A stretch of DNA of 63,057 nt, filler included, from Ferroacidibacillus organovorans (lineage in GTDB: Bacteria > Bacillota > Bacilli > Alicyclobacillales > SLC66): NCBI RefSeq assembly GCF_001642725.1. It is 3 parts of 3 records of this genome, joined end to end, with 100 filler letters (N's around TTAATTAATTAA, not from the genome) between each part and the next. Parts side by side here need not be neighbours in the genome. Positions count along the whole stretch, not along the records: positions 1 to 25,739 come from NZ_LSUQ01000036.1; 2 more parts are not named here. One strand, written 5' to 3'. The notes beneath the pieces are model-generated. The model was given only the letters and a program-made list of their open reading frames with translations. It made no database searches and was not told where the DNA came from. A program made the position numbers and the translations under genes. Shown here piece by piece: positions 1 to 10,266 of the stretch; the first letter of the stretch is position 1, and each line of letters begins with the position of its first letter.

Positions 1-155
1 CGATGAGCCAGCCATAACATCCTCCACAATGATCCCCCTTCCTCCCTGCTACGGATCACTGAGAGTATGCGCATCCTGAGCCACATCATGCGAAATTTAT
101 CCATGATTAGGCGATGTGTGGCATAATCGACACCTGCCATCGCCAAACTACACCT

Positions 156-668
156 ATGAAAAATCATCGATTCTTGGATTTCATTCAGTCGTCTGCAATG
201 ATCTGGAAACCCTCGCTTGGCTGCGCACTGGCGTGGGCAATCGCTCGATGGGCAGGATCGAATCACCCTTATCTCGCACCGCTTACGGTTGTGCTTTGTT
301 TACAAGCGACACCCGATCGATCAGTGCAATCATCTTGGCAACGCATGGTCGGCACAGTCATCGGTGTGGCAATCGCCACCGTAATCGTAAACTGGGTCGG
401 CGTCTCCGCGTGGACCGTCGGGATGATTGTCTTTCTCTCCATTCTTATCGGAAAGCAATTAAGATTAGATGATACGATCATTCATCAGGTTGGTGTCAGC
501 GCCATTCTCGTCCTCGTCTTTGAAAATCACAGTGTTTCCTATGCGTTTGACAGGATTGTCGATACGGCCATCGGCATCATCGTGGCCATTGTGCTTGATC
601 TCTTTATCTTTCCACCGCGCAAAAATCGCTCTCTCTTCACCTTTTTTGCACGCCATCTCTCACGATAA
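156..668 (+). CDS. FUSC / aromatic acid exporter family membrane protein
   Basis: Hydrophobic ORF with YLAPLTVVLCLQ...QRMVGTVIG and DRIVDTAIG motifs; start could be 114 or 156. Confidence 0.75.
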   Translation: MKNHRFLDFIQSSAMIWKPSLGCALAWAIARWAGSNHPYLAPLTVVLCLQATPDRSVQSSWQRMVGTVIGVAIATVIVNWVGVSAWTVGMIVFLSILIGKQLRLDDTIIHQVGVSAILVLVFENHSVSYAFDRIVDTAIGIIVAIVLDLFIFPPRKNRSLFTFFARHLSR

Positions 669-768
669 CAGCCCATTGAAGTGTCTTTTAGCAATAAAAT
701 AGCGGTCTTTGCAAGGACGATAAACGTACGCGTTACACAAAATCCCGCTCACCTTCATCTTCTTACGG

Positions 769-2037
769 TTACACATTTACTTTCGACAAGCCGATTAACA
801 GCATAAGATTTCGCATGATATGGTACGGATCTTTAACGGGTAGAGCGACAACCTTATCCAGTGGTAGCCCTTGGCGATTCCTTTTTTGTAGCCACTCTCC
901 CACAGTGTGATCCGGATTGGGAAACACAGAAAACGTATACTGATGGAGTTTCTCCGCTATATCCTTACATTCCTGATCGCGAGTCAATGTCCACCCCAAC
1001 CATGCAGCATATAGAAATTCTGTATGCACCCACCATAATTTCATATCCCACGTATCAAGGATTTGCTCTTCATACACTGAACCTGAGTTTCTGCCAAATG
1101 GGGCTCCCCCATTTAACCCGACAAAGCGGAATAGCCCGCCATACTGATCATCCCACGCAAGATTAAAGGTGTGCTTTAAAACGAGCAAACAGCGATCAAT
1201 CATGTTGCGGTCCGATAATTCGTGCGCAGTCTCCATGATCATCCACATGCTCTCAGCCGTATGACCAGGCGCGATATGTTCATAGAGAAGCGTTTTTTTC
1301 CACGCATCCTTGTATAATACATCTTTGACTACATGTTCTCGGAGAACATGAGCTTGCCCATCGCATTGATTCCAGATGGCGTCGATATGGCGGAGAGTAT
1401 GTTTCATCGCTGTTCCCACACGCGAGTCTCCAATTCTCTTAAAAGCCTTGTAACATTCAAAACTAAGGTTAAGCAGAATCATGGGGATTCCATGAACCGT
1501 CAATTCTTTGGGAACGATATACGGCTCAGTCACAATGTCGTCCGTTTTGACCCTCAGCAAAATGTCCTGATAAAGATTCCATGAAAAATGTAATAATTCT
1601 TTGTCACCTAACAAATCCGCATACTCAATAAGCCCGAGACACACAAAACAATCCCCATAGATACTTGCGTCCAAAGTTTTTTGTTCTCCAACATATTTAG
1701 GTGTTCCATCCTCCGAAAGTACAAACGCGCAATGACCATTGTCTAAAAATACGTGTTCAAGCAAAAAGGATGCTGTCTTTTTTGCCGCTTCCATAATTAA
1801 ATCTTCATTTATGAGAAGATCTCCAGTACTTGCAAGGCGGACAAGACGAGCTGCCAACCATAGAAAACGTCCCTGCGACCATGTGTATTTATCTCGATGG
1901 ATCAAGACAGTCCCATCCATGGCAAAACAAGTGTAGATGCCTCCTCTTTCTAAGTCCAAGGCGTTCTTTGTCCAAAATGGCAGGATGACATTTTCGAGAT
2001 GTTCCTTATAGAAATTTACAATGGAATCAAATTGCAT
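769..2037 (-). CDS. AGE-family epimerase/isomerase (N-acylglucosamine 2-epimerase-like)
   Basis: ILPFW, KYTWSQGR, PGHxxE, WDxxYGG, KLWWVHTE and KDPYH motifs. Confidence 0.88.
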   Translation of the reverse strand: MQFDSIVNFYKEHLENVILPFWTKNALDLERGGIYTCFAMDGTVLIHRDKYTWSQGRFLWLAARLVRLASTGDLLINEDLIMEAAKKTASFLLEHVFLDNGHCAFVLSEDGTPKYVGEQKTLDASIYGDCFVCLGLIEYADLLGDKELLHFSWNLYQDILLRVKTDDIVTEPYIVPKELTVHGIPMILLNLSFECYKAFKRIGDSRVGTAMKHTLRHIDAIWNQCDGQAHVLREHVVKDVLYKDAWKKTLLYEHIAPGHTAESMWMIMETAHELSDRNMIDRCLLVLKHTFNLAWDDQYGGLFRFVGLNGGAPFGRNSGSVYEEQILDTWDMKLWWVHTEFLYAAWLGWTLTRDQECKDIAEKLHQYTFSVFPNPDHTVGEWLQKRNRQGLPLDKVVALPVKDPYHIMRNLMLLIGLSKVNV

Positions 2038-2060
2038 ATGTATCTCTCCGCCCCTTTTAT

Positions 2061-3446
2061 TTACTCAAGTGCGGGGATATCAGGTTTTCTTTCTGAATAC
2101 GTAACACGCTGCGGAATGCCCCTTACATAAAAATCCTCCATCGTCTCTTTGCCATATAGATGTAGTCCGGGAGGCCCTTGATGTGCCGTGGACACCAGTG
2201 GATCGTATCCAAGCGTCGCACGATTTTGATATTCCCAATCGGCCAGATACCCATTAAGGATTTTCGCCATATCTTGATGCATCGTCCAGACATTGGTTTG
2301 TTCATAAACATCGCTCTCTCGATCAAATAGTTGCTGATCCGGATAATTCCATTCACCACTGTGCAGCGTTCGAATTAACTTCCAGCGGTCTGTGACGACG
2401 CCGCGCTGCGCAGTATACAAGCCGTGCCCAATCACAAGATGTGAACGTCCCTTCACGTTTTTCTCATCCAGATAAGGCCACAGCGATTCGCTGTCCCACT
2501 CGATCGGTTTAGCAATTTGAAATGCCTCACAGATTGTTGCAGCAATGTCAAATTGATACACCAATGCCTGACATGTGCGACCCGCCCCAGCACCTCGCGG
2601 AAACTTCACGATAAGGGGAATATGATTCACCGTATCCACAATACTCCAGTGTTCCACATAAACGCCGTGCTCCCCTAATCCTTCACCATGGTCAGCTGCA
2701 ATAATGATCATCGTTTCATCAAGGATTCCTTTGCGTTCAAGCAAATCGAGAATCTGCCCTACGTGAAAATCTACATAGCGAATCTCTGCATCATATTCAT
2801 TAACCATTGCCGCATACTTGTCGTAGGAATGAATACCCATCATACTGGCGGAGTGCCAAAACCGATCATTTTGATGGCGAGCAACTGCCTCATCATCAGG
2901 AAAAGCTGGAAGATCATGCTCACTCATGGCATTGACCAGCGCGTGTGGAGCATCATAGATTGCGTGAGGATCCCAATATTGTACATACAAAAAGAAATCG
3001 TCTTGCGCATTTTCCTCAATCCACGGCAATACTTGTTCATTCATTTTCCACGCCGGTGTCTGTTGAAAACGCCAGCCCCTAGGATCGTGAAATTCTTCCC
3101 ACTCCATATAAAACCATGGTGATGGATGTCGACCAAAAGTGGAAAAGGCAGCCGTCCGCACACCATGCTCTCTGAGAACGGCCGGTATTGTACGTGTGTG
3201 CAAAGGCATCGCTAATCCTGTTGTACCGTGCGTCACAATACCAGTCCTAATCCCAAACGTTCCACTGATCAATGCGGCTCGCGAAGGCATGCACGGGCTG
3301 TCCGAAGTGTAGCACTGTGCAAATCGCATACTCTGCATCGCCAATCGATCGATATTCGGCGATGTGGGTCGCTTATACCCATAGCAATGTAAATGATCTG
3401 GTCTGAGGCTGTCGATATCGATATAAATGACCTTCACTGAACCCAC
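2061..3446 (-). CDS. Formylglycine-dependent sulfatase (Cys-type)
   Basis: IDIDSLRPD, CMPSRA (CxPxR), WDPH and ADHGE motifs. Confidence 0.9.
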   Translation of the reverse strand: MGSVKVIYIDIDSLRPDHLHCYGYKRPTSPNIDRLAMQSMRFAQCYTSDSPCMPSRAALISGTFGIRTGIVTHGTTGLAMPLHTRTIPAVLREHGVRTAAFSTFGRHPSPWFYMEWEEFHDPRGWRFQQTPAWKMNEQVLPWIEENAQDDFFLYVQYWDPHAIYDAPHALVNAMSEHDLPAFPDDEAVARHQNDRFWHSASMMGIHSYDKYAAMVNEYDAEIRYVDFHVGQILDLLERKGILDETMIIIAADHGEGLGEHGVYVEHWSIVDTVNHIPLIVKFPRGAGAGRTCQALVYQFDIAATICEAFQIAKPIEWDSESLWPYLDEKNVKGRSHLVIGHGLYTAQRGVVTDRWKLIRTLHSGEWNYPDQQLFDRESDVYEQTNVWTMHQDMAKILNGYLADWEYQNRATLGYDPLVSTAHQGPPGLHLYGKETMEDFYVRGIPQRVTYSERKPDIPALE

Positions 3447-3470
3447 TCCTCTAAATGTGATCCGTGCGCA

Positions 3471-3496
3471 GATGGGCCGATAAAAATCGGCCCGTC
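3471..3496 (-). terminator. Intergenic stem-loop after the binding-protein gene (mRNA stabiliser or partial terminator)
   Basis: GATGGGCCGAT-AAAA-ATCGGCCCGTC inverted repeat; no U-tract. Confidence 0.45.
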
Positions 3497-3504
3497 ACAT
3501 CGCC

Positions 3505-4530
3505 CTACAGTTTGAGTTTACTTGCGCGTAAAACGAGATCTGGAAATGCATAGGATGCATATGCGGGGACTTTTTGCAACGCTTTCATCGCAACGAAGGT
3601 AGAACCAAGCGTGTTAAACCACTTCGAGACATTCCCTGATGTATAGTACTTGAGCAAGTTTGACTCTGTTGGGAAAATGGAATCTTTCACGGATTGAGAA
3701 AGTAATGGGCCAGGAACGCCGGTCATTTGGGAAGTCCATGAAACCGCTTGCGCCATATGCCCAGATTTATAATTCACAGCCTGTAACATGGCCCATGTGA
3801 ATTTTGTGAGTGCCGGAACATTACTTTTCGCAAAAGCATTTGACGCTGTCCAGATTCCAGGAAGAGAGACTTGAGGATAGAACATGCGGTCACTCGCTAG
3901 CAATTTCGAGCCCGGCGAACGATTTAACACCACCTGAAGATTCGGATCCCACCCTGCCATAATCGGAGCTCTTCCAGATAGGAAGGCCGGCGCTTCAGAG
4001 GATGGACTCGTATTCACCATGTGCACGTCATTCAGGCTTAAACCTGCTTTTTTCAACGCCTCATATAAAATGATCTCGGCCGTTGTCCCCATGGGCAACA
4101 AGACGCTTTTACCCTTTAATTGACGTAGCGTATGCACACCGGAGGATTTTGAGACGACGATTCCATCTCCAAGACCAATGCTATCAATAAAGAAGATCTT
4201 AGCCATGCCTTTCATTGGCAAAAAGGCAGCACCAGAACCAATGTAAGCGATGTTTACAGTACCTGACGCCATGGCGTCCAGTTCAGCTGGTCCGGTTTGG
4301 AATAGATCCAAATGCACGTTTAATCCAGCCTTCTTAAAGTATCCCATATGCTCGGCAACAGCCAGTGTACTGGCTCCGCCCATATTCGCCATGTACGCAA
4401 CGGTGATGGATGTTGGTGCGGTGAGTCGTGCAGCCATTGCATTTGGCATGCCAGTGCCCAACGCTAAAAGCGACAGAGCGCCTGCAGACAGAATCAGATT
4501 CTTTGATTTCCCATACAGATTCACAACCAT
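3505..4530 (-). CDS. ABC transporter substrate-binding protein, SsuA/TauA/NMT1-like
   Basis: Signal peptide, GYFKKAGL, LKGKSV and GWDP motifs; adjacent ATPase and permease. Confidence 0.85.
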   Translation of the reverse strand: MVVNLYGKSKNLILSAGALSLLALGTGMPNAMAARLTAPTSITVAYMANMGGASTLAVAEHMGYFKKAGLNVHLDLFQTGPAELDAMASGTVNIAYIGSGAAFLPMKGMAKIFFIDSIGLGDGIVVSKSSGVHTLRQLKGKSVLLPMGTTAEIILYEALKKAGLSLNDVHMVNTSPSSEAPAFLSGRAPIMAGWDPNLQVVLNRSPGSKLLASDRMFYPQVSLPGIWTASNAFAKSNVPALTKFTWAMLQAVNYKSGHMAQAVSWTSQMTGVPGPLLSQSVKDSIFPTESNLLKYYTSGNVSKWFNTLGSTFVAMKALQKVPAYASYAFPDLVLRASKLKL

Positions 4531-4586
4531 ACCCCCTTTTATTTTTACTTCCTGACAACAATAGAGTCAGATCACCTCCTTAATAT

Positions 4587-5378
4587 CTATATCAAATCAT
4601 CATCCGCACGCTGTGAATGCAAGCGATTCCAGATATCATTTTTGTAATGAAGCAACTCAGAACTGAATCTCACAGAATGATTCCGAATAAAAGGTAAATC
4701 AATCTTCACTTCAGCCGTGACTCTGCCGGGTTTTGCCGCCATGACGATCACACGTTGCGCGAGAAACACCGCCTCTTCGACATCGTGCGTTATAAAGATG
4801 ATGGTGGTCTTAAGCTGGCGCCAACTGGAAAGCAAATCTTCTTGCAACTGTGCCTTTGTATCTGCATCTAACGCCCCAAAGGGCTCATCCATCAAGAGAA
4901 CATCAGGCTGGGCCGCATATGCCCGGGCAAGCGCGACCCTTTGTTTCATACCGCCCGACAATTGTTTGGGAAACGCATTCTCAAACTCCTTAAGGTTAAC
5001 TAGGGAAAGAAATTCACCCGCCATCTCCGTGCGCTCTACTCCTTTGATCCCACGCATCGACAGGGCAAACTCCACATTCTTCCGCACGGTCAACCAGGGA
5101 AAGAGCGCGTACTGTTGGAACACTACGCCACGATCTCTTCCCGGTTTGTGTACCTCTTTTCCACTCACGACGATCTTCCCAGACGTAACCGACTCAAGAC
5201 CAGCGATCATGTTGAGGAGGGTCGTCTTCCCACATCCTGTTGGACCTACCAAGCAAATAAATTCTCCCTCCTTGACCTGAAGACTGGTTTCACGAAGCGC
5301 TAAAATCTGCCTGCCTCCCACCTGATAACGTTTTTCAACTCGATCGACATGAATTTTATCGTCTCGCGCTGACATCAT
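4587..5378 (-). CDS. ABC transporter ATP-binding protein, nitrate/sulfonate/taurine type
   Basis: GPTGCGKTT, LSGGMKQR, LLMDEPFGALD; ATGA overlap with the permease stop. Confidence 0.92.
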   Translation of the reverse strand: MMSARDDKIHVDRVEKRYQVGGRQILALRETSLQVKEGEFICLVGPTGCGKTTLLNMIAGLESVTSGKIVVSGKEVHKPGRDRGVVFQQYALFPWLTVRKNVEFALSMRGIKGVERTEMAGEFLSLVNLKEFENAFPKQLSGGMKQRVALARAYAAQPDVLLMDEPFGALDADTKAQLQEDLLSSWRQLKTTIIFITHDVEEAVFLAQRVIVMAAKPGRVTAEVKIDLPFIRNHSVRFSSELLHYKNDIWNRLHSQRADDDLI

Positions 5379-6154
5379 AGAATTTTCTCCTGCCATAAAG
5401 TGAATTTCCCCTCCAGCGCTAAAATCCCGCGATCCATCGCAATTCCCAGTGCACCTATAATCGTGATTCCGAGATAGACAACCGGCATTTCAAAGTAATT
5501 GCTCGCCTGTTCAATCATGAAGCCCAGACCATGTGATGCAGCGATGAGTTCTGCCGCAACCAACGTCGTCCATGCGGCCGCAATCCCAAGACGCATCGCC
5601 GTGAAGATATATGGAATAGAGGCAGGAAGAATAACTCGGAAAAACAGAATCCAGTCATTGCATCCCAGCACTCGCGCCGCACGAACCAACGTGACATCGA
5701 CCTGTCGAACGCCTTGATAAATCGTGACTAACATAACTAAGAACGCCGCAAAAAAAATGACAAATACTTTTGCCGGCTGTCCAACGCCAAGATAAACGAC
5801 AACAAGTGGAATCAGTGCTATAGGAGGAATCATTCGCAAAAACTGAAGCCATGGATTTAGAATCCAGCGAATGGGCTGATACCATCCGATAATAAATCCA
5901 AGAATCACAGCGCATAAAAGTGCCAGAATAAAGCCTTCCAGAACCCTTTCAAGACTAATAAAAACGTCAGGAATCAGTGTTCCATTCTGCAGACCGGCAA
6001 TCAATGCGTAACCAACTTGAATGGGCCCGGCAACAAGGGTCGGCAACTTCAATTCAGCAACCTGCCAAATCCCTAAACCAGCGATGATGGACAGCATTCC
6101 GAAAATACGTTGAGAATATTTGGTGATTTTTGTCACCCAATCGCCCCATTTCAC
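5375..6154 (-). CDS. ABC transporter permease, SsuC/TauC type
   Basis: IPPIALIPL, AARVLG loop, LVAAELIA motifs. Confidence 0.9.
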   Translation of the reverse strand: MKWGDWVTKITKYSQRIFGMLSIIAGLGIWQVAELKLPTLVAGPIQVGYALIAGLQNGTLIPDVFISLERVLEGFILALLCAVILGFIIGWYQPIRWILNPWLQFLRMIPPIALIPLVVVYLGVGQPAKVFVIFFAAFLVMLVTIYQGVRQVDVTLVRAARVLGCNDWILFFRVILPASIPYIFTAMRLGIAAAWTTLVAAELIAASHGLGFMIEQASNYFEMPVVYLGITIIGALGIAMDRGILALEGKFTLWQEKIL

Positions 6155-6171
6155 ACTTTATCACTGCTTGT

Positions 6172-7374
6172 TTAAGATTCTACTTTTAGCATATTAGAGG
6201 TCTTGCACCACAGCGCGTCATGAAACACCGTAGAAGCCGCACCGATCGCTCCAGCATGAATATCCATTTCAGAACATCTGACATCCACCACATATTCCCG
6301 TTCACGCATTTTATTTTTTAAGAGAATGAGCAAGTATGGAAATAACGTTTTAGCGTGTGGTCCTCCTATGACACACGTCGAAGTATCCAGTACGGCTAAA
6401 ACACTGACAATGCTTGCCGCCAGTGCCTCCATTCCCGCGTGAATAACAGCAAGTTGATGCTCACTTGCCCCGCTTAGAATATCTTGGAGTGACTTGTCAT
6501 CTTCTATGAAGAGATTTTTTCGTAAGGCGTTGATGCTACCGTATTGATCGAGGCACCCTCTGGCGCCACAATAGCAGGGCAGTCCATTAGGCATATACTG
6601 AATATGACCTAATTCCATTGATTTTCCACTAGCGCCCACATATTCCTCACCGTTGACAATCAGCCCACCTCCTACGTTGTCTCCGATATATACATAAAGA
6701 AAGGTAGAAGGCACCTTACCTCGTCCCATCCAATATTCTCCTACTGCTGCCAAATGGGCGTTGTTCCCGACAATTACTTCACAGTCAACTCTTCTTTTCA
6801 AATAATCCCTTATAAGCAATTGAGATGAATCACCTGGCACAGGAAACGTAGAAACAACTTTGCCATAAAGATTTGGAATACCTACTCCAATTCCTTGCAA
6901 GTCAGAAAGCGAATAAATTCCTTCAATACCCTTCACAAGCTCATTACTCATCCCTATGATTTCATCAGCGAAAGACTCAAGATCACTAGGCAAATCCCAG
7001 TGACACTCCATGCTTCTGATAATTCTTCCCCCCAGATTCACAAGGGCGGCAAAAATACGGCTGTACTGAACTTGTATTCCAATCGTAAAGTATGCGTTTT
7101 CATTAACGATGAGTTGAGTAGGATTTGCACCTCGCTTTCGTGTAACATTTGACTGTTTCAACTCTATGACAAGTCCTTCTTCAATCAAACCTCGAACAAG
7201 ATTAGATACGGTTTGCGGTACAAGCAACGTTTTTTCTGAGATATCTGCACGGGAAATCGCGCCAAACAACCGAATGTGTTCAAAAACCACAGACTTATTA
7301 TATTCTTGGCCATGCCTTTGATTGGTTCCTACCAATCCTGCATTTTTTATGTTCATGGATTTTATTATATCCAT
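6172..7374 (-). CDS. ROK-family transcriptional regulator
   Basis: N-terminal HTH (ISRADI...TVSNLV) plus ELGH...CYCGARGCL ROK motif. Confidence 0.9.
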   Translation of the reverse strand: MDIIKSMNIKNAGLVGTNQRHGQEYNKSVVFEHIRLFGAISRADISEKTLLVPQTVSNLVRGLIEEGLVIELKQSNVTRKRGANPTQLIVNENAYFTIGIQVQYSRIFAALVNLGGRIIRSMECHWDLPSDLESFADEIIGMSNELVKGIEGIYSLSDLQGIGVGIPNLYGKVVSTFPVPGDSSQLLIRDYLKRRVDCEVIVGNNAHLAAVGEYWMGRGKVPSTFLYVYIGDNVGGGLIVNGEEYVGASGKSMELGHIQYMPNGLPCYCGARGCLDQYGSINALRKNLFIEDDKSLQDILSGASEHQLAVIHAGMEALAASIVSVLAVLDTSTCVIGGPHAKTLFPYLLILLKNKMREREYVVDVRCSEMDIHAGAIGAASTVFHDALWCKTSNMLKVES

Positions 7375-7589
7375 TGGATTTAATAAATCAATACAATATT
7401 GAATTTTTTATATCAAATATTCGACAGATTCATGATAGGACAACTTCATAGCCATTCCCTCTTTCCCAAAACGGCTACCATGTGAGCTTGACCCGCAAAC
7501 ACAAGCACTCAGGCACGCAAAGTGTCCGTAACCTCAAACGGATCCCACTCGTCTATCGATCAAAACGGAACAGAAGGGTCTGGATCAAA

Positions 7590-8891
7590 TTGAAACGCTT
7601 TGTTCGAATGTCACTTTTTGGCGCCGCGCTCGCCAGTCTATTGAGCGGGATTAACGTGCACGCACAATCCCATTTCGTGCCGGCAAGCTTCTACCCGCGC
7701 AATTTTTCGGACATGGGAGACATTGCACTCATCGCCAATACCAACGGAATTTCTGGTGGGGAACTCTACACGATCATCAACACAAGGACTGCAAATAAAC
7801 ATATTGTCGCAGTGCACAACGTAATGGATCACGTACTTTCAGCAACGTTTTCTCCAGACGGTGCGTGGCTGTGGACTCGTGTGAGCAGCGGCAATTCCGC
7901 GACGCCTTGGATTGTATCTGCCAACGGACGCATCCGCTACAAGCTGGCTGGAGGAGCGGAAAACCTGACTTGACTTGCGCAAGGTCACACGCTGATTTTT
8001 AGTCGCGCGAACAAAATCTACAAGATGACACCAGGAAGTAGACCTGTGATATGGCCCATCCATTTGCCGCGGAATTCCGTGATCAACGGATTGGCGTTTA
8101 GCGCAGAAGATCAAAACGCAGCTGTGAGCATTACGCGCAATTATGGCAACATTTCCAAATGGTACGATCAGATCGGCGTCTGGAATCGATCATCCGGTGC
8201 GTGGCGGCCAATGGTTACCGCCAGTGTTCCAAACGGGCTCATGCTTGGACCGTTTGCAGGAAACGGTCAATCCCTGTTCTACTGGAATGACCCCATGCAT
8301 AGCGCTTCCATCTTGGCGGATGGCGTGCCTCTACACAACCTCAGCTTAAATGGAAAGAATCAGGTGGTTGGCCACACCTTCGCAACAAACCAGAGCGTGC
8401 AACCGTTTGGCGCAGACCGCGCCGTGGTATGGCAGTCTCACTCTCGTCATTTATTCGCGGGTCCAAAAACCATCGCCATTTGGCCAGACGCTACCATTCC
8501 CGTAAGCAAGGGGAGTGTCCAACTTGATCCTGCCCTGTCTTCAAGTGGAGTCTTAGCCTATGTGGTGGGAAAAGAAGAAAACAACATGATCCAATCAAAT
8601 CGCAATGTGATGCGCTGGATGCAAAGTTTAAAGCTCGCAACATACAACCCGAACACGCACAAAACAAACATCATTACCACCGCCGGAAACGGTGTGATGA
8701 CACCGTATTTTAACGACAACGGTTCGCGCATTGTATTCGTACGCCAAAATGCGGTGATGTGGGTCAGCGCTACAAACCGCGGTCCGACACACCTGATCGC
8801 AAAAACTGGCGCGATCAGCCCCAGTTTTCCACAATACGGGAGCCCCAATGCGTTCATGATTGCCGACGACCTGGCTGCGCCACAACACTGA
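7590..8891 (+). pseudogene. Secreted TolB-like beta-propeller protein interrupted by one in-frame TGA (7971-7973)
   Basis: ORFs 7482-7973 and 8025-8891 are in the same frame with only one stop between; signal peptide MKRFVRMSLFGAALASLLSGINVHA; FSPDG and FNDNGSRIVF repeats. Confidence 0.65.
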
Positions 8892-8971
8892 TGGACATCA
8901 GCTAAACACGCAGATGCCTTACTGCCGCATTTTCCACAGTGGCGCACCTCATCGGATCGTCGACCAATCCG

Positions 8972-9004
8972 AAAAAAAAAGCGTCCATTACGAGGACGCT
9001 TTTT
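8972..9004. terminator. Bidirectional intrinsic terminator
   Basis: A9-GCGTCC-N7-GGACGC-T5 between convergent genes. Confidence 0.8.
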
Positions 9005-9018
9005 GCAGTTTAAGCATA

Positions 9019-9234
9019 TTACGAATGTGCTTCATCCTTTATTTCGCTTCGAAACCCCTCGATTGCCTCTTGTCGACGATGATTTTTTGCATCAATATCC
9101 GCGATATCCTTTGCACTCATCTCATCGCGATGCGCTTGAACAAAATCTTCGGCCTCCCTGAAGTTTTCAACCGTGTTCGAGATTGCGTGTTGAATTTTTT
9201 CTACATTGTCTGATCGGTCATCCGGTTTCGCCAT
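9019..9234 (-). CDS. tlp: Small acid-soluble spore protein Tlp
   Basis: MAKPDDRSDNVEKIQ...KNHRRQEAIEGFRSEIKDEA family signature; AAGGGG RBS. Confidence 0.9.
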   Translation of the reverse strand: MAKPDDRSDNVEKIQHAISNTVENFREAEDFVQAHRDEMSAKDIADIDAKNHRRQEAIEGFRSEIKDEAHS

Positions 9235-9408
9235 TCTGTGAACACCCCTTACATAATCATCCTGCATCGATAGCGTGTGTTCGCAAGAACGTGTTTATGT
9301 ATTCCTCTGCAGCTTAAGTTCACATCCGTTTGGCAACTCGCACCATGCTACGTCCAAGCGAGCCTCGTCGCACATTGCATAGCGAGAACGATCTTGGATT
9401 GCAACGCG

Positions 9409-10185
9409 TCAGTTCCAAAATCCGCCGTCCGAATGAATCACCTGTCCCGTGATCCACTGCGCATCATCACTCGCCAAAAACGCCACCAAGCGCGCCGCAT
9501 CCTCGGGTTGACCGATTCGTCCCAGCGGAAAATTCGGTAACAAAGCAGTCTTTAGTTCCTGCGACATCCATCCAGAATCGGTCGGCCCAGGATCCACCGC
9601 GTTGACCGTGATGCCAAGCGAAGCAATTTCCGCCGCGAGAGACACCGTAAAAGCCGTAATCGCGCCCTTGGTCGCCACATAAGCAAGCTCACCGCGCATC
9701 GGCCCCTTGTCTTGGCCCGATACCATGTTGACAATCCTCCCGGCGTGCCGCTCATCAAAGCGGCGCGCAAACGCTACACATAGCAGGCAGGTTCCGCGCA
9801 CATTCACCGCATAGTGTGCGTCTAGCATCTCGGCACTCAACGTTTCAAATCCGCCCTCCGTAGAGTGCGTTGCATTGTTAACAAGAATTGAAGGATTGCC
9901 AAGCGTCCTGCACACCTCGTCAAGAAGTCTCGAAGGCGATTCGGGATTCGCCAAATCCACCGCAAGATGCCCCACGCGTACGCCAAGTGATCGAAGTTCG
10001 CGAGAGAGTGCATCCGGCCAACGGTCCTCTGCCCCCCACGCCATCGTCTCATCGTAACGGCCCCAATGCGTAAAAAAGATGTCTGCTCCATCTCTGGCAA
10101 GCGTTCGACAGATCGCGGTGCCAATTCCCCGTTCCCGACTCGCGCCTGTCACAACAGCAACTCGTCCTTGCAAGCGTTTCGTCAT
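9409..10185 (-). CDS. SDR-family oxidoreductase
   Basis: TGASRERGIG, NNA, YVATK and PGPTD motifs. Confidence 0.9.
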   Translation of the reverse strand: MTKRLQGRVAVVTGASRERGIGTAICRTLARDGADIFFTHWGRYDETMAWGAEDRWPDALSRELRSLGVRVGHLAVDLANPESPSRLLDEVCRTLGNPSILVNNATHSTEGGFETLSAEMLDAHYAVNVRGTCLLCVAFARRFDERHAGRIVNMVSGQDKGPMRGELAYVATKGAITAFTVSLAAEIASLGITVNAVDPGPTDSGWMSQELKTALLPNFPLGRIGQPEDAARLVAFLASDDAQWITGQVIHSDGGFWN

Positions 10186-10266
10186 CTCGCTCCTCCGTTC
10201 GATCCGATCGGGTATGGTAAACTAGTTCCATCATGCGACAAAATGGCCCAGCCTAAATGCAAGGGA

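Noticed and set aside
1..25. Possible start of a minus-strand gene (GGAGG...ATG at 15) running off the window
   Set aside because: Only five codons are visible, so it cannot be identified.
7971..7973. Selenocysteine recoding of the in-frame TGA
   Set aside because: The context fits Trp rather than a redox Cys, and no SECIS-like hairpin is evident downstream.
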